Source: Bacteroidota bacterium (lineage in GTDB: Bacteria; Bacteroidota; Ignavibacteria; UBA10030; UBA6906). Taken from it: a DNA stretch of 64,000 nt. Below, piece after piece: positions 1 to 9,631 of the stretch. The first letter of the stretch is position 1; every line of letters starts with the position of its first letter. The notes beneath the pieces are model-generated. The model had not been told where the DNA came from, made no database searches, and saw only the letters and a program-made list of their open reading frames with translations. The stretch covers positions 9,584-73,583 of the forward strand of contig JADLEA010000197.1 in assembly GCA_020846365.1 (NCBI GenBank), given 5' to 3'. The translations under genes and the position numbers were made by a program.

Positions 1-2809
1 CAACCAGGATGGCGATCCAGCCGACATGCCGGATGTGGTGAACATGAGCCTGGGCTCGGATCTGGGCACACCGGACGATGCCATCTCGACCGCCGTTGAC
101 AACGCGGTGAAACTGGGAATCACCTTCTGTGTGTCGGCGGGCAATAGCGGAGGATACACCCCCGTGCAGGGGAAGGAGAACAACTACTACTACACGGGGA
201 TGGAGACGATCGGGAGTCCGGCTTCGGCGCAGTTGGCAATCACCGTGGGTGCCGTGGATTCAGTCGATGACAGCCCGCGATTCTCATCGAAGGGACCCGT
301 GCGTGGAACATTCGGCATCAAGCCGGACGTCATGGCTCCAGGCGTCGAGGTGCTGTCGCTCGCACCCGGAGGCGGGCTTGCGTCGAAATCCGGTACATCG
401 ATGGCTTCACCCATGGTCGCGGGAATCGCCGCCCTGCTGAAGAGCAGAAATAACGCCCTCACCCCGGCCGAAATAAAATCAGCAATCACAAACTCATCCC
501 TGGATCTCGGGATCTCTGCGATGCGGCAGGGAGCGGGCCGCGTAGATGCAGTCCGCGCCCTGGGACTCGCATCCAGTGCCACGCCCCAGGAACTCAGCTT
601 CGGGCTCGACGATCCGGCCCTGGGCGTGTGGGCAGAAGTTGACACGATCGTGATTGCCAACCATGACGACGTCGCCCAGACCTATGCGGTGGACTTTTCT
701 CCCGGGGCTGCTGGGATCACCCTTGCCGCTTCGCCCCAGACGTTTTCGATCGTGCCCGGTGGAACTCAACAAGTCCTCGTCACCCTCACAGTCAACAACG
801 CGGCCATCCCCATTGTGGACGAGGACATCCTCATCTTTGACGGGGCCATGCGCGTTAGCGGTGCGTCGGATACTCTCCGTATCCCGTGGGCCTTCGTCCG
901 GACCTCCCGGATGATGCTTTCGTTCAGCCACCCCGAGCCCATACTTCTCGGGGCCAGCAACAGCTACTACATCACTTCGCAGTACGCACGCTTTGCGTCC
1001 AAAGTGCGATGGATCGATACGCGGCATTTGGAAGTTGTGGGAGCATTCAACGGCACGTACGACTTCGCCGTGTATTTCCCCAGCACAGGTGCTCTGGTGA
1101 CCCGGGAACAGCTGGTCTTTCAAGGGAACGATGCGCTGCACTTCGATGCGAGCGAAGCAATCCACACGCTGCAGATAGCAGGAAGCGATGAACACGGTGT
1201 TCCGTTCCCGGCATCGGCCAAGACCAGGCGGACCCTTCGCGTGGAGTTGCCCGTGACCTTTCCCCTGTATGTGGCGCTTCCTGCCGGGGAATCATCGCTC
1301 TCGGTGTCGCCGACGTCGGCGCGATTCGGCTTTCACCCCACCGTGAGTTTTGTGGATATGGAGAGCGAACGGCGGGCAGTGCTCCCCCAGTACGCAGCGT
1401 TCAAAGGTATTTCAGGCAACATGACCGTGACGCCGGCCTCAGCGACCTATCTGACACAGGTCCTGCGATTCAGAGTCCCTCCGGGAACTCCTCAGCTCAA
1501 GCTCTATTCCGAGATCATCGCGGCATTGACGGACAAGGGGCAGGAGTACTACAACACCATTCAGGTAAGTGCCGATACGCTGGACGTGCAGCATGACGAA
1601 ATCTCGATCAGGCTCGCCCTGATGCAACCCGCAAACCTGGCGTACTTCGCATCCATTGCGTTCCACACGATTGCCCGTGACCTTGGCAGTCTTTACCTGG
1701 ACTCGTCAACCCGCTATTTCTCCGCGGTGGGAGACAGCATCATGGTCGGTCTCCCGTCGCAGCGGTCGCTGGTGTCGTACGCATTGCCGAGCGGGGACAC
1801 GTTGACATTCGGTGGCGCGCCGGTACACGTCGTCAACATCGGGTACAACAATTCCTTCGGCACGTCCGTCCATTTCGATTCCAGGTTCCGTGGGAGCATG
1901 TCCGAGGATCGTTTTGCCGACTACGATTCCGCAACCTATGCGATCTATGACGCTGGCGGACAGAAGCTGGCAGGCGGACCGCTCAACGTGTCGCGGTCGC
2001 CGCTGCCGGTGGCGCCGGCCCGCTATGTCATAGACGTGAACTCGGACAACTACTTTATTGCAGGAGGCAAAGGGCGCGTGCGCATCACAAACTGGGTAGA
2101 CCTGACGAAGCAGGTCGCCGACGCACCCTACATCACTGCCTACCGCGTCCTTGATAGAAGGGGGAAAGCGACAGACCAGGTGGCGCAGGGGGACTCTGCC
2201 ACGCTGCTTTTCTCAACGCGCATTCCTGCATTCCCCGGTGAACTGCCGGTGCATGACTCCACGCAGGCCTTCTACCGTGAACACGGGACTTCGAACTGGA
2301 CCCCGCTGCCGCTTCAGCTTCTGCATAGCGACACGGAGGGGATTGGCAGCGTGTTCGCGTCTGACCTGTCAGGTGCGACCCTGCACGATTCCACGGGGAT
2401 CGAGCTTCGTGTCCGGGTGGTGGACATAACGGGCAACGCGACCGACATGATCGTGTCACCCGCGTTTGCCGTGGGTTACTGGATCAACGACGGGCCTCTG
2501 GATGTGGGGGATGGGGATCGGCTCCCTGCGCAGTATGCGCTTCTGCAGAACTATCCGAATCCATTCAATCCTGCCACGAACATTTCTTATGCGCTGCCGG
2601 TTTCCAGTGTCGTGACGGTGGAAATATTCGACATGCTCGGCCGGAGGGTCGTCACCCTGCAGGAGGGAACAAAAGCCGCGGGAGTCCACACGCTGCGGTT
2701 CGATGGATCACCGTATGCCAGCGGCGTGTATTTCTACCGGCTGCACGCCCGGTCGGTTGCGGGTGGGGGAGAATTCATGCAGGCGAAAAAGCTCGTGCTG
2801 TTGCGTTAA
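1..2809 (+). CDS. S8 (subtilisin-like) serine peptidase with T9SS type-A C-terminal sorting domain, 5'-truncated
   Basis: Frame is open from the window edge (NQDGDPADMPDVVNMSLG). Motifs: SAGNSG (oxyanion Asn), KPDVMAPG, SGTSMASPMVAG (catalytic Ser); C-terminal LLQNYPNPFNP...SGVYFYRL...KKLVLLR. Confidence 0.93.
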   Translation, partial: NQDGDPADMPDVVNMSLGSDLGTPDDAISTAVDNAVKLGITFCVSAGNSGGYTPVQGKENNYYYTGMETIGSPASAQLAITVGAVDSVDDSPRFSSKGPVRGTFGIKPDVMAPGVEVLSLAPGGGLASKSGTSMASPMVAGIAALLKSRNNALTPAEIKSAITNSSLDLGISAMRQGAGRVDAVRALGLASSATPQELSFGLDDPALGVWAEVDTIVIANHDDVAQTYAVDFSPGAAGITLAASPQTFSIVPGGTQQVLVTLTVNNAAIPIVDEDILIFDGAMRVSGASDTLRIPWAFVRTSRMMLSFSHPEPILLGASNSYYITSQYARFASKVRWIDTRHLEVVGAFNGTYDFAVYFPSTGALVTREQLVFQGNDALHFDASEAIHTLQIAGSDEHGVPFPASAKTRRTLRVELPVTFPLYVALPAGESSLSVSPTSARFGFHPTVSFVDMESERRAVLPQYAAFKGISGNMTVTPASATYLTQVLRFRVPPGTPQLKLYSEIIAALTDKGQEYYNTIQVSADTLDVQHDEISIRLALMQPANLAYFASIAFHTIARDLGSLYLDSSTRYFSAVGDSIMVGLPSQRSLVSYALPSGDTLTFGGAPVHVVNIGYNNSFGTSVHFDSRFRGSMSEDRFADYDSATYAIYDAGGQKLAGGPLNVSRSPLPVAPARYVIDVNSDNYFIAGGKGRVRITNWVDLTKQVADAPYITAYRVLDRRGKATDQVAQGDSATLLFSTRIPAFPGELPVHDSTQAFYREHGTSNWTPLPLQLLHSDTEGIGSVFASDLSGATLHDSTGIELRVRVVDITGNATDMIVSPAFAVGYWINDGPLDVGDGDRLPAQYALLQNYPNPFNPATNISYALPVSSVVTVEIFDMLGRRVVTLQEGTKAAGVHTLRFDGSPYASGVYFYRLHARSVAGGGEFMQAKKLVLLR

Positions 2810-2953
2810 CATTGCGTAGCTGTCTCCGCACCTGATGTCCTGTCTGCCGGCGCATGAGCCGTCCACGTGCGCCGGCGGGCCCGGGGACTTCGAGTTGACT
2901 TTCTGCAAGGCCGGCAGTACTTTGGATGAGGATCACTTCCGAAGAGCCCTGCC

Positions 2954-4453
2954 ATGTGGACCTCAACTTCCCGCCTCCGTTTCTTCGTCTTCTGTCTTCT
3001 CTTTCTCGACTCGGCTGCGATTGCCGCGAGTGACCGCGTTCCGGCGGTAGCCGGACAATTCTACCCTGCATCACCGGTCGAATTGCAGGCGACGCTCAAA
3101 GACCTGTTCTCGCGGGCCGAACGAAGGACCGAGAACGCCTCCGTTCGGGCTCTGATACTGCCTCACGCGGGATATGTCTTCTCGGGGCAGGTGGCTGCAT
3201 CAGGCGTCAACCAGATTGATCCCCAACAATCTATAAGGGCAATCTTCCTGATCGGTGTCAGTCACAATGCCGCCTACGATGGGGCAGCTGTGTACACGGA
3301 AGGCGGCTTTCTCACGCCACTCGGCCGGGTTCCCGTGGATGTGGATCTGGGGAAGTCTCTGTTGGGCCACAGCGGACTTTTCCTCCAGCATTCCCGGGCG
3401 CATGCGGTGGAACACTCCCTCGAAGTTCAATTGCCGTTTCTGCAATACCATCTGAAGAAGCCCTTCAAGATCGTGCCGATTCTCCTCGGCACATCGGACC
3501 CCGCAATCTGCGAACGGATTGCGGAAGCGCTGCTTCCGCATTTTTCAAAAGAGAACCTCTTCATCGTCAGTACAGACCTGTCGCACTATCCATCCTACAA
3601 GGATGCAGTGACCACTGACAAGAGGACGATCGATGCCGTGTTGTCCGGTTCTCCGCAAGAGCTTCTGAAGACCGTGCGCCAGAACGAACGGTCGGGAGGT
3701 GGCCAGTTACTGACTTCCATGTGCGGCCTGGGCGGAGTCATGGTGTTGCAGGAGATCCTCGGGGCGGCGGGGAACGGGAAGTTCACGGTGGTGCAATATC
3801 GAAACTCCGGGGATGTTCCGGCAGGGGAGAAGGACCGCGTCGTGGGCTACGCAGCGATCAAAGTCACGCAGGCCGGACGCGAGACCTTCCTCCTCCGGTC
3901 TGAAGACAAGCGTCGCCTCCTGGAGATTGCGCGATCCTCGTTGGCGAAACACCTGGCGACAGGCCACGTCCCTGCTCTGGTTGAGGCCCAGCTCTCGGAA
4001 GCGCTCCGCACGCCGTGTGGCGCGTTCGTCACACTGAAAAAACGAGGCGAGCTTCGCGGTTGCATCGGGAACTTCTCGGGCACGGAGATGCTGGCCCGCA
4101 CAGTGCAGCGGATGGCACTTGCAGCAGCGACGGAAGATCCCCGTTTCGCCCCCGTCTCGGCCGGTGAACTCGCACACCTGGATATCGAAATCTCGGTCCT
4201 CTCGCCGATGCAGAAAGTGACTTCGCCGAAGGAGATTGCATTGGGAAGGCATGGCGTCTACATCCAGAAGGGGAACCGGGCCGGTACGTTCCTGCCTCAA
4301 GTAGCAAAAGAGACGGGATGGTCTCTGGAGGAATTCCTCGGTCATTGCGCACAGGACAAAGCGGGGATTGGGTGGGAGGGGTGGAGGGATGCTGACGTGT
4401 TCGTGTATGAGGCCATCGTGTTTGGCGAAAGTGACGATGGTTCCACGCGCTGA
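2954..4453 (+). CDS. amrB/amrA: AmmeMemoRadiSam system protein B (Memo) fused to protein A (AMMECR1)
   Basis: Memo motifs PAVAGQFYP, PHAGYVFSG, EHSLEVQLPFL, STDLSHY, VVGYAA, then AMMECR1 motifs GAFVTL, ELRGCIG, AATEDPRF, IEISVLSP, TFLPQVA. Hydrophobic signal-like N-terminus. Confidence 0.93.
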   Translation: MWTSTSRLRFFVFCLLFLDSAAIAASDRVPAVAGQFYPASPVELQATLKDLFSRAERRTENASVRALILPHAGYVFSGQVAASGVNQIDPQQSIRAIFLIGVSHNAAYDGAAVYTEGGFLTPLGRVPVDVDLGKSLLGHSGLFLQHSRAHAVEHSLEVQLPFLQYHLKKPFKIVPILLGTSDPAICERIAEALLPHFSKENLFIVSTDLSHYPSYKDAVTTDKRTIDAVLSGSPQELLKTVRQNERSGGGQLLTSMCGLGGVMVLQEILGAAGNGKFTVVQYRNSGDVPAGEKDRVVGYAAIKVTQAGRETFLLRSEDKRRLLEIARSSLAKHLATGHVPALVEAQLSEALRTPCGAFVTLKKRGELRGCIGNFSGTEMLARTVQRMALAAATEDPRFAPVSAGELAHLDIEISVLSPMQKVTSPKEIALGRHGVYIQKGNRAGTFLPQVAKETGWSLEEFLGHCAQDKAGIGWEGWRDADVFVYEAIVFGESDDGSTR

Positions 4454-6572
4454 AGGGTGGCGCAATGCCACCGTGCTAGCAGGCGCCATCACGGCCGGGA
4501 CACAGGTGGTGCTGCTGCGCGAAGTGCTCTCTGCCTTCCTGGGCAACGAGCTGATCATCGGGATCCTCTTCTTTGACTGGCTGCTCCTTACGGGAGTCGG
4601 CGCTGTCCTTGCGCATCGTTGGGTTCCGCGCCTTCCCTCGTCTGCGATGCTACCTGTTGCCCTGGGGTCGCTTCTCATCCTGCCCCCGCTGACCTTCGCC
4701 GGCTTCCGGATGATCCCTCTCCTGGTCAGTCCCCCCGGCAGCATGCTGGACATCTGGATGATCCTGGTTGGCGCCGGTCTCGCGTTGGGTCCGGTATGTC
4801 TGGTTTCCGGAGGGGTATTCTCTCTTCTGGTGCGGGCTGCGGCCTCCAGCGGTACGCCGGGCCCTGTGGGAAAAGTGTACGCCTGGGAAGCTGTGGGGAG
4901 CCTGATCGGCGGAGTGCTCTTCAGCGTACTCCTGTTTGATGTGATCGCGTCGCATGATGTGCTCGTTGCGCTCTGTGCGGCAGGTGGGATCGTCGGGGCG
5001 GTACATGCATACAGGTCTGGCTCCCGCCGTTCCGTCGCCGTCCTTGCCCTGTGTGTGCTTCTCCTCATCGTTGCCCGGCATGCAATGGATGCGGATGCAT
5101 GGACCCACGCACGGCGGTATCCTGGTCAGGACGTTCTGTCCCATCAGGAAACTCCCTTTGGGGTTCTGACTGCCACGCGATCCGGTGGGCAGACGTCGGT
5201 CTACACCAACAATGTTCCCTTGTATGTCAGCGGCGACATCGCAAAAGCAGAACAGATCGTTCATGTTGCCGTGATCCAGCGCCCCCATGCGCCGAGGGTG
5301 CTCGTGGCGGGAGGCAATCCGGCGGAGCTTGTGCCAGAAGTATTGAAGTATGCCGGCAGCACGCTCATCTGCATAGAGGAGAATCCATGGTTGAGGCGGC
5401 TCGAACAAAAGTATTTGCCGGTCCCCCAGGACTCCCGCGTATCCTTCATTACCGGCGATCTCAGGCGATTTCTCGTCGCCTCGGCAGGTGCATTTGACGT
5501 CATCATCGTTGCCGCCCCGGAGCCATCCACGCTGCAATCGAACCGGCTCTTCACTCGAGAGGCGCTGCAGCTCATGCGCAGATCCCTCACACCCTCGGGG
5601 GTGCTCTGTCTCTCGCTTCCCTCATCCGCGGAGTACGTGGGAGATGATGCAAGGAAGGTCCGCGCGATTTTGAAAAACACCCTTGCCGAATCGTTTGCCC
5701 ATACGCTGATCCTTCCCGTCGGAGACGATGTGTTTCTGGCGTCGGATTCCACGCTCAGGCCTGACGTGGGGGCGGGCATTGCGGAAGAAGGCCTGCACAC
5801 GGCATACGTGAATGCGCACTATCTGCAAGACGACCTGATCAGCTCCAGGGCGCAGGCGCTGTCTGCTTCGCTGGACTCCGGAGCCGGAGTGAACACGGAT
5901 GCGCGTCCGATCCTGATGCTTGCGCAGATCGGACACTGGCTTCGTCTCTTCTCCGTCGATATGTGGATTCCGGCGCTCGTCGGGCTCGCCGCCGTGGTCC
6001 TCCTGTTCATCCACAGCGACCGGATGTCGCTGGGCGTCGCGGCCGCGGGTTGTGGAGGCATCGTCCTGGAATTGATGATTCTTATGATTGTGCAGGTGGG
6101 GTTTGGCAACGTGTACCAGATGAGCGGTGGGCTCATCGGACTCTACATGGCCGGGATGGGAGGCGGGGCAATTCTGGCTGGACGGATCACGCATGCCTCA
6201 CGGTGGTATGCCGGAATGCAGAGCGGACTTGTGTTGGCACTGCTTCTGGCTGCTGCGCTCTCGGCCGGCGTGTTTGCGGGTGCTTCCGGCGCCGTGGCAG
6301 GATTGGTCATCTGTTTGATTGCCGGATCGTTCAGCGCCGGTGCCGTGTTTTCGCTGACCTCCCGGATACGATCTGAGAATCCCGTGGCCACGGGCTCGCG
6401 ACTGTATGGCGTGGACTTGATGGGTTCCGCCTTGGGGGCGTTGCTTGTCGGACCGGTGTTGCTGCCCTTGTGGGGTGTGTATGTCGTTGCATCTTCAACT
6501 GCTGCCGTCGTTGCAGCGGGTGCGATCGTGTCGCTCTCATCGCCGCTCTGGAGGACATATGAACAAACGTGA
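4437..6572 (+). CDS. Multi-pass membrane protein with central spermidine-synthase/SAM-methyltransferase-like domain
   Basis: N- and C-terminal TM blocks (QVVLLRE..GNE, VYAWEAVGSLIGG, LYGVDLMGSALG) flank a soluble domain (RVLVAGG, DVIIV..PEP, NRLFTREAL, NTDARP). Start placed at ATG 4437, overlapping the upstream gene. Confidence 0.75.
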   Translation: MVPRAEGWRNATVLAGAITAGTQVVLLREVLSAFLGNELIIGILFFDWLLLTGVGAVLAHRWVPRLPSSAMLPVALGSLLILPPLTFAGFRMIPLLVSPPGSMLDIWMILVGAGLALGPVCLVSGGVFSLLVRAAASSGTPGPVGKVYAWEAVGSLIGGVLFSVLLFDVIASHDVLVALCAAGGIVGAVHAYRSGSRRSVAVLALCVLLLIVARHAMDADAWTHARRYPGQDVLSHQETPFGVLTATRSGGQTSVYTNNVPLYVSGDIAKAEQIVHVAVIQRPHAPRVLVAGGNPAELVPEVLKYAGSTLICIEENPWLRRLEQKYLPVPQDSRVSFITGDLRRFLVASAGAFDVIIVAAPEPSTLQSNRLFTREALQLMRRSLTPSGVLCLSLPSSAEYVGDDARKVRAILKNTLAESFAHTLILPVGDDVFLASDSTLRPDVGAGIAEEGLHTAYVNAHYLQDDLISSRAQALSASLDSGAGVNTDARPILMLAQIGHWLRLFSVDMWIPALVGLAAVVLLFIHSDRMSLGVAAAGCGGIVLELMILMIVQVGFGNVYQMSGGLIGLYMAGMGGGAILAGRITHASRWYAGMQSGLVLALLLAAALSAGVFAGASGAVAGLVICLIAGSFSAGAVFSLTSRIRSENPVATGSRLYGVDLMGSALGALLVGPVLLPLWGVYVVASSTAAVVAAGAIVSLSSPLWRTYEQT

Positions 6573-7704
6573 GTTTCTCAGGTGCTGTGCGCTCGGCACG
6601 GCGGCTGCCTGTACGTATTTCCCACTTCCTTCACTGCGATGGGCAGAGCGTGGCGGGTACAGCGAGCCGGAGCCGGTTGAGGAGCTCTGGAAATGGAGCA
6701 AGGAGGCTCTCTTCGTAGAGCCGGCGGGTGATGCCATACATTGTCTGAAGTGCCCGAACGGATGCGTCATCCCTGTCGGGGAGACCGGGCGCTGCAGGAA
6801 CCGCGTGAATGTCCGCGGAAAGCTCTACTCCAATGCCTACGGAAATCCCTGCGCGGTGCATATAGATCCGATCGAAAAGAAACCCCTCCTCCACTTCCTT
6901 CCGGGAACGCGTGCCTTTTCCATTGCCACGGCAGGCTGTAATCTCGCGTGCCTGAACTGTCAGAACTGGGAGATCTCGCAGGTCAGCCCCACGGAGACAG
7001 AGAACCAGGATCTCATGCCACGGGCGGTCGTGGATGCCTGCCTCCGGGGGCACTGTGCATCGATCGCATACACGTACTCCGAGCCAACGACTTTTTACGA
7101 ATACGCATTCGACACCGCAGAGATCGCCCATCAAGAAGGGATCCGGAATGTCTGGAAATCCAACGGGTACATAGAGGAGGTCCCGCTGCGGAAACTCTGT
7201 CGCGTCATCGACGCGGCCAATATCGACTTGAAGAGTTTTGATGAAGACGTGTACGCCCGGCTCAATGCCGGCAGTCTTGCTCCCGTCTTGCGTACACTCC
7301 GTGTGTTTCGCGAGATGGGCGTGTGGCTTGAGATCACAAACCTTGTCATTCCCGGTTGGACCGACGACCTGGACATGATCCGGCGGATGTGCAACTGGCT
7401 GTGCAATAACGGACTTTCAGATTCCCCCCTCCACCTGAGCCGCTTTGTCCCCCTGTACAAACTCAACCGCCTGGCACCTACCCCCGTCAAACGACTCGAA
7501 GAAGCCCATGCCGTGGCAGTGGCCGAAGGGATGCACTATGTGTATGTCGGCAACGTTCCAGCCCACCCGACCGAACACACCTACTGCCACAAGTGCAGGA
7601 AACGTGTCATTGAGCGGCGGGGATACGCGATCCTTTCCAATGACCTCGAAAACGGGCGTTGCCGGCATTGCGGAACCTCGATTCCGGGGGTCTGGCATAC
7701 ATAA
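6559..7704 (+). CDS. amrS: AmmeMemoRadiSam system radical SAM enzyme
   Basis: CLKCPNGC...GRCRNR, DPIEKKPL, radical SAM motif GCNLACLNCQN, IAYTYSEPT, ANIDLKSF, C-terminal CHKC/CRHC. GGAGG precedes ATG 6559. Confidence 0.93.
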   Translation: MNKREFLRCCALGTAAACTYFPLPSLRWAERGGYSEPEPVEELWKWSKEALFVEPAGDAIHCLKCPNGCVIPVGETGRCRNRVNVRGKLYSNAYGNPCAVHIDPIEKKPLLHFLPGTRAFSIATAGCNLACLNCQNWEISQVSPTETENQDLMPRAVVDACLRGHCASIAYTYSEPTTFYEYAFDTAEIAHQEGIRNVWKSNGYIEEVPLRKLCRVIDAANIDLKSFDEDVYARLNAGSLAPVLRTLRVFREMGVWLEITNLVIPGWTDDLDMIRRMCNWLCNNGLSDSPLHLSRFVPLYKLNRLAPTPVKRLEEAHAVAVAEGMHYVYVGNVPAHPTEHTYCHKCRKRVIERRGYAILSNDLENGRCRHCGTSIPGVWHT

Positions 7705-7919
7705 TACCTTCCTTCCATAGGAACATTTCCACCGGTCCATCCGTTAGCAGTATTCTGTAGGGGAAGACTTGGTGTCCCTCCCGCCTTGCGCAGACGACTG
7801 CATTCCCGGCGGCTTTATTGGATCGGCACGAGTTCTTTGCATATCCCTGAGCTACCGAGAGAGCTATCCCGGCTCTTGGCATAATTCGATTTGTTCCAGC
7901 AGAGACGCATACACGACGT

Positions 7920-9497
7920 ATGTCCTTTACCCGAACGCTTTTTTGCCTGACAGGATTGCTTCTCGGCTATGCCTTCAGCAGTCCGGCACAGATTCTCCAG
8001 CCTTTCAATCCGGACAGTGCTCTTCTCGACATCGTAGGTCAACTCGAAGGGACGCCGCTTACCCTGGATCAGGCGCGGCAGTATTCCGCACAAACCTCTC
8101 CCGCCGTGGCGGCAGCGGAAGCGGCCCTCGCGGCGGCGCGCGGTGCCGTAAGGAGGGAAGGAGGGACATTCGACCCGCAGCTTTCGCTCTCATGGCGCTA
8201 CACAGATCAGAAGCAGCCGACAGCGTCGTTCTTTGCGGGAGCATCAGTTCTCCACACACTCCAGGCCGACGGAGGTGCCGGCCTGCAGTGGACTCTCCCA
8301 TCCGGCACCATGCTTGGGGCATCCATCGACGCCTCACGCCTGAATACGAATTCCTCTTTCGCGTTTCTTACACCGCAGTACACCACTTCAGGGCAACTCA
8401 CGCTGCGCCAACCCCTGCTCCGCGGATTCACCGTATCCGCGCGAAAGAACCTTGTCAATGCGGAGCAACAGTTTGCGGCAGCCGAAGCACGGTTAGCCCA
8501 GGAACGCCTGGCTCTCGCCACCCTTGTGGATCTCGTCTACTGGGATCTCTACGCAGGAGAACGCGATTATGCCGTGCAGAAACTCACGCGCGATCGTGCG
8601 GCAGCGTTCTTGCGGGATACCGAGCTGAGGGCTCAGACCGGCCTCATCGGGCCGAGTCAGGTCGCAAACGCCCGCACGTTCCTCGCTGAACAGGAGATCC
8701 TTCTGCTGGACCGGGAGGAACAGCTCGACCGTCTTTCGGATCAGCTTGCGATCGTTGTCGGCGTGAGGCCGGCGGCAGGCCAGAAGCGTTTCAAATCGGC
8801 CGATCAGCCGCCGGATGCGTTTACCGTGGGAGAAGTTGACACGCTGGTCCGGGAGGCGTTAACCCGGAATCTGGACCTGCGTGCGGCGAAGGCGGAGTTG
8901 GATGCGCGCCGCACCATGGCCAGTGCCGCGTCCTGGGAAGCTCTCCCCAGCGTGGACCTCGTCGGATCCATCGGCGGCAGCGGACTTTCCGGAAGCCCGC
9001 ATGATGTGGTCTTCGGCAGCGACACGCTGCGAACGACGGTGAGCGGGGGGCTAAGCGATGCGCTGCGGCAGGCGGTGAATCGCGATTTCCCGAACTGGCA
9101 TGTCGGATTGGAAGTCCTCGTCCCCATCGGCTTCCGGACCGGACTGGGTGAGTCGGATCGCCTCGACGCGGAAGTTGCGATTGCCGAGCAGCGATATGTG
9201 CAGGCAGAACGGATCCTGGAAGCCGAGGTCCGGTCGAGTTGCCGCGAATTGATGCACGGCCAGCAACGGCTGAGTGCTGCGCGGGCCGGGGTCGCGGCGG
9301 CTCAGGAACAGGTGCGCATCGGCCTGATCGAATTTCAGAATGGACGCTCGACAGCTTTCGAACTCGTGCGTTTGGGTGCGGACTTTGCCGTTGCGCAACA
9401 ACGCTATTCACAGGCACTTGTCCGAAGCGCAAAAAGCGCGGCCACGCTGCGCCAATTGACCTCGGGCGCGTACGATCCGGCATTGTCACGGCAGTGA
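7920..9497 (+). CDS. TolC-family outer membrane efflux protein
   Basis: Signal peptide, alternating helical and beta repeats (LTLRQPLLRG, LPSVDLVGS); first gene of the RND triad. Confidence 0.85.
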   Translation: MSFTRTLFCLTGLLLGYAFSSPAQILQPFNPDSALLDIVGQLEGTPLTLDQARQYSAQTSPAVAAAEAALAAARGAVRREGGTFDPQLSLSWRYTDQKQPTASFFAGASVLHTLQADGGAGLQWTLPSGTMLGASIDASRLNTNSSFAFLTPQYTTSGQLTLRQPLLRGFTVSARKNLVNAEQQFAAAEARLAQERLALATLVDLVYWDLYAGERDYAVQKLTRDRAAAFLRDTELRAQTGLIGPSQVANARTFLAEQEILLLDREEQLDRLSDQLAIVVGVRPAAGQKRFKSADQPPDAFTVGEVDTLVREALTRNLDLRAAKAELDARRTMASAASWEALPSVDLVGSIGGSGLSGSPHDVVFGSDTLRTTVSGGLSDALRQAVNRDFPNWHVGLEVLVPIGFRTGLGESDRLDAEVAIAEQRYVQAERILEAEVRSSCRELMHGQQRLSAARAGVAAAQEQVRIGLIEFQNGRSTAFELVRLGADFAVAQQRYSQALVRSAKSAATLRQLTSGAYDPALSRQ

Positions 9498-9631
9498 CCG
9501 GCCGGAGAACATCACCGGGAGTGGGATACGCCGGTAAGAAATCGCATCCCGACGCGCAATGCGCGACGCAGGGGTTGTCGAACAATACGCGTGGAAGACA
9601 CGCGCGCTAGAGAGAAGAGAGGAGTGCACGT

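Noticed and set aside
7769..8689. 306-aa alternative-frame ORF over the TolC gene
   Set aside because: Arg/Ser/Pro-rich, out of frame with a clear gene, no motifs.
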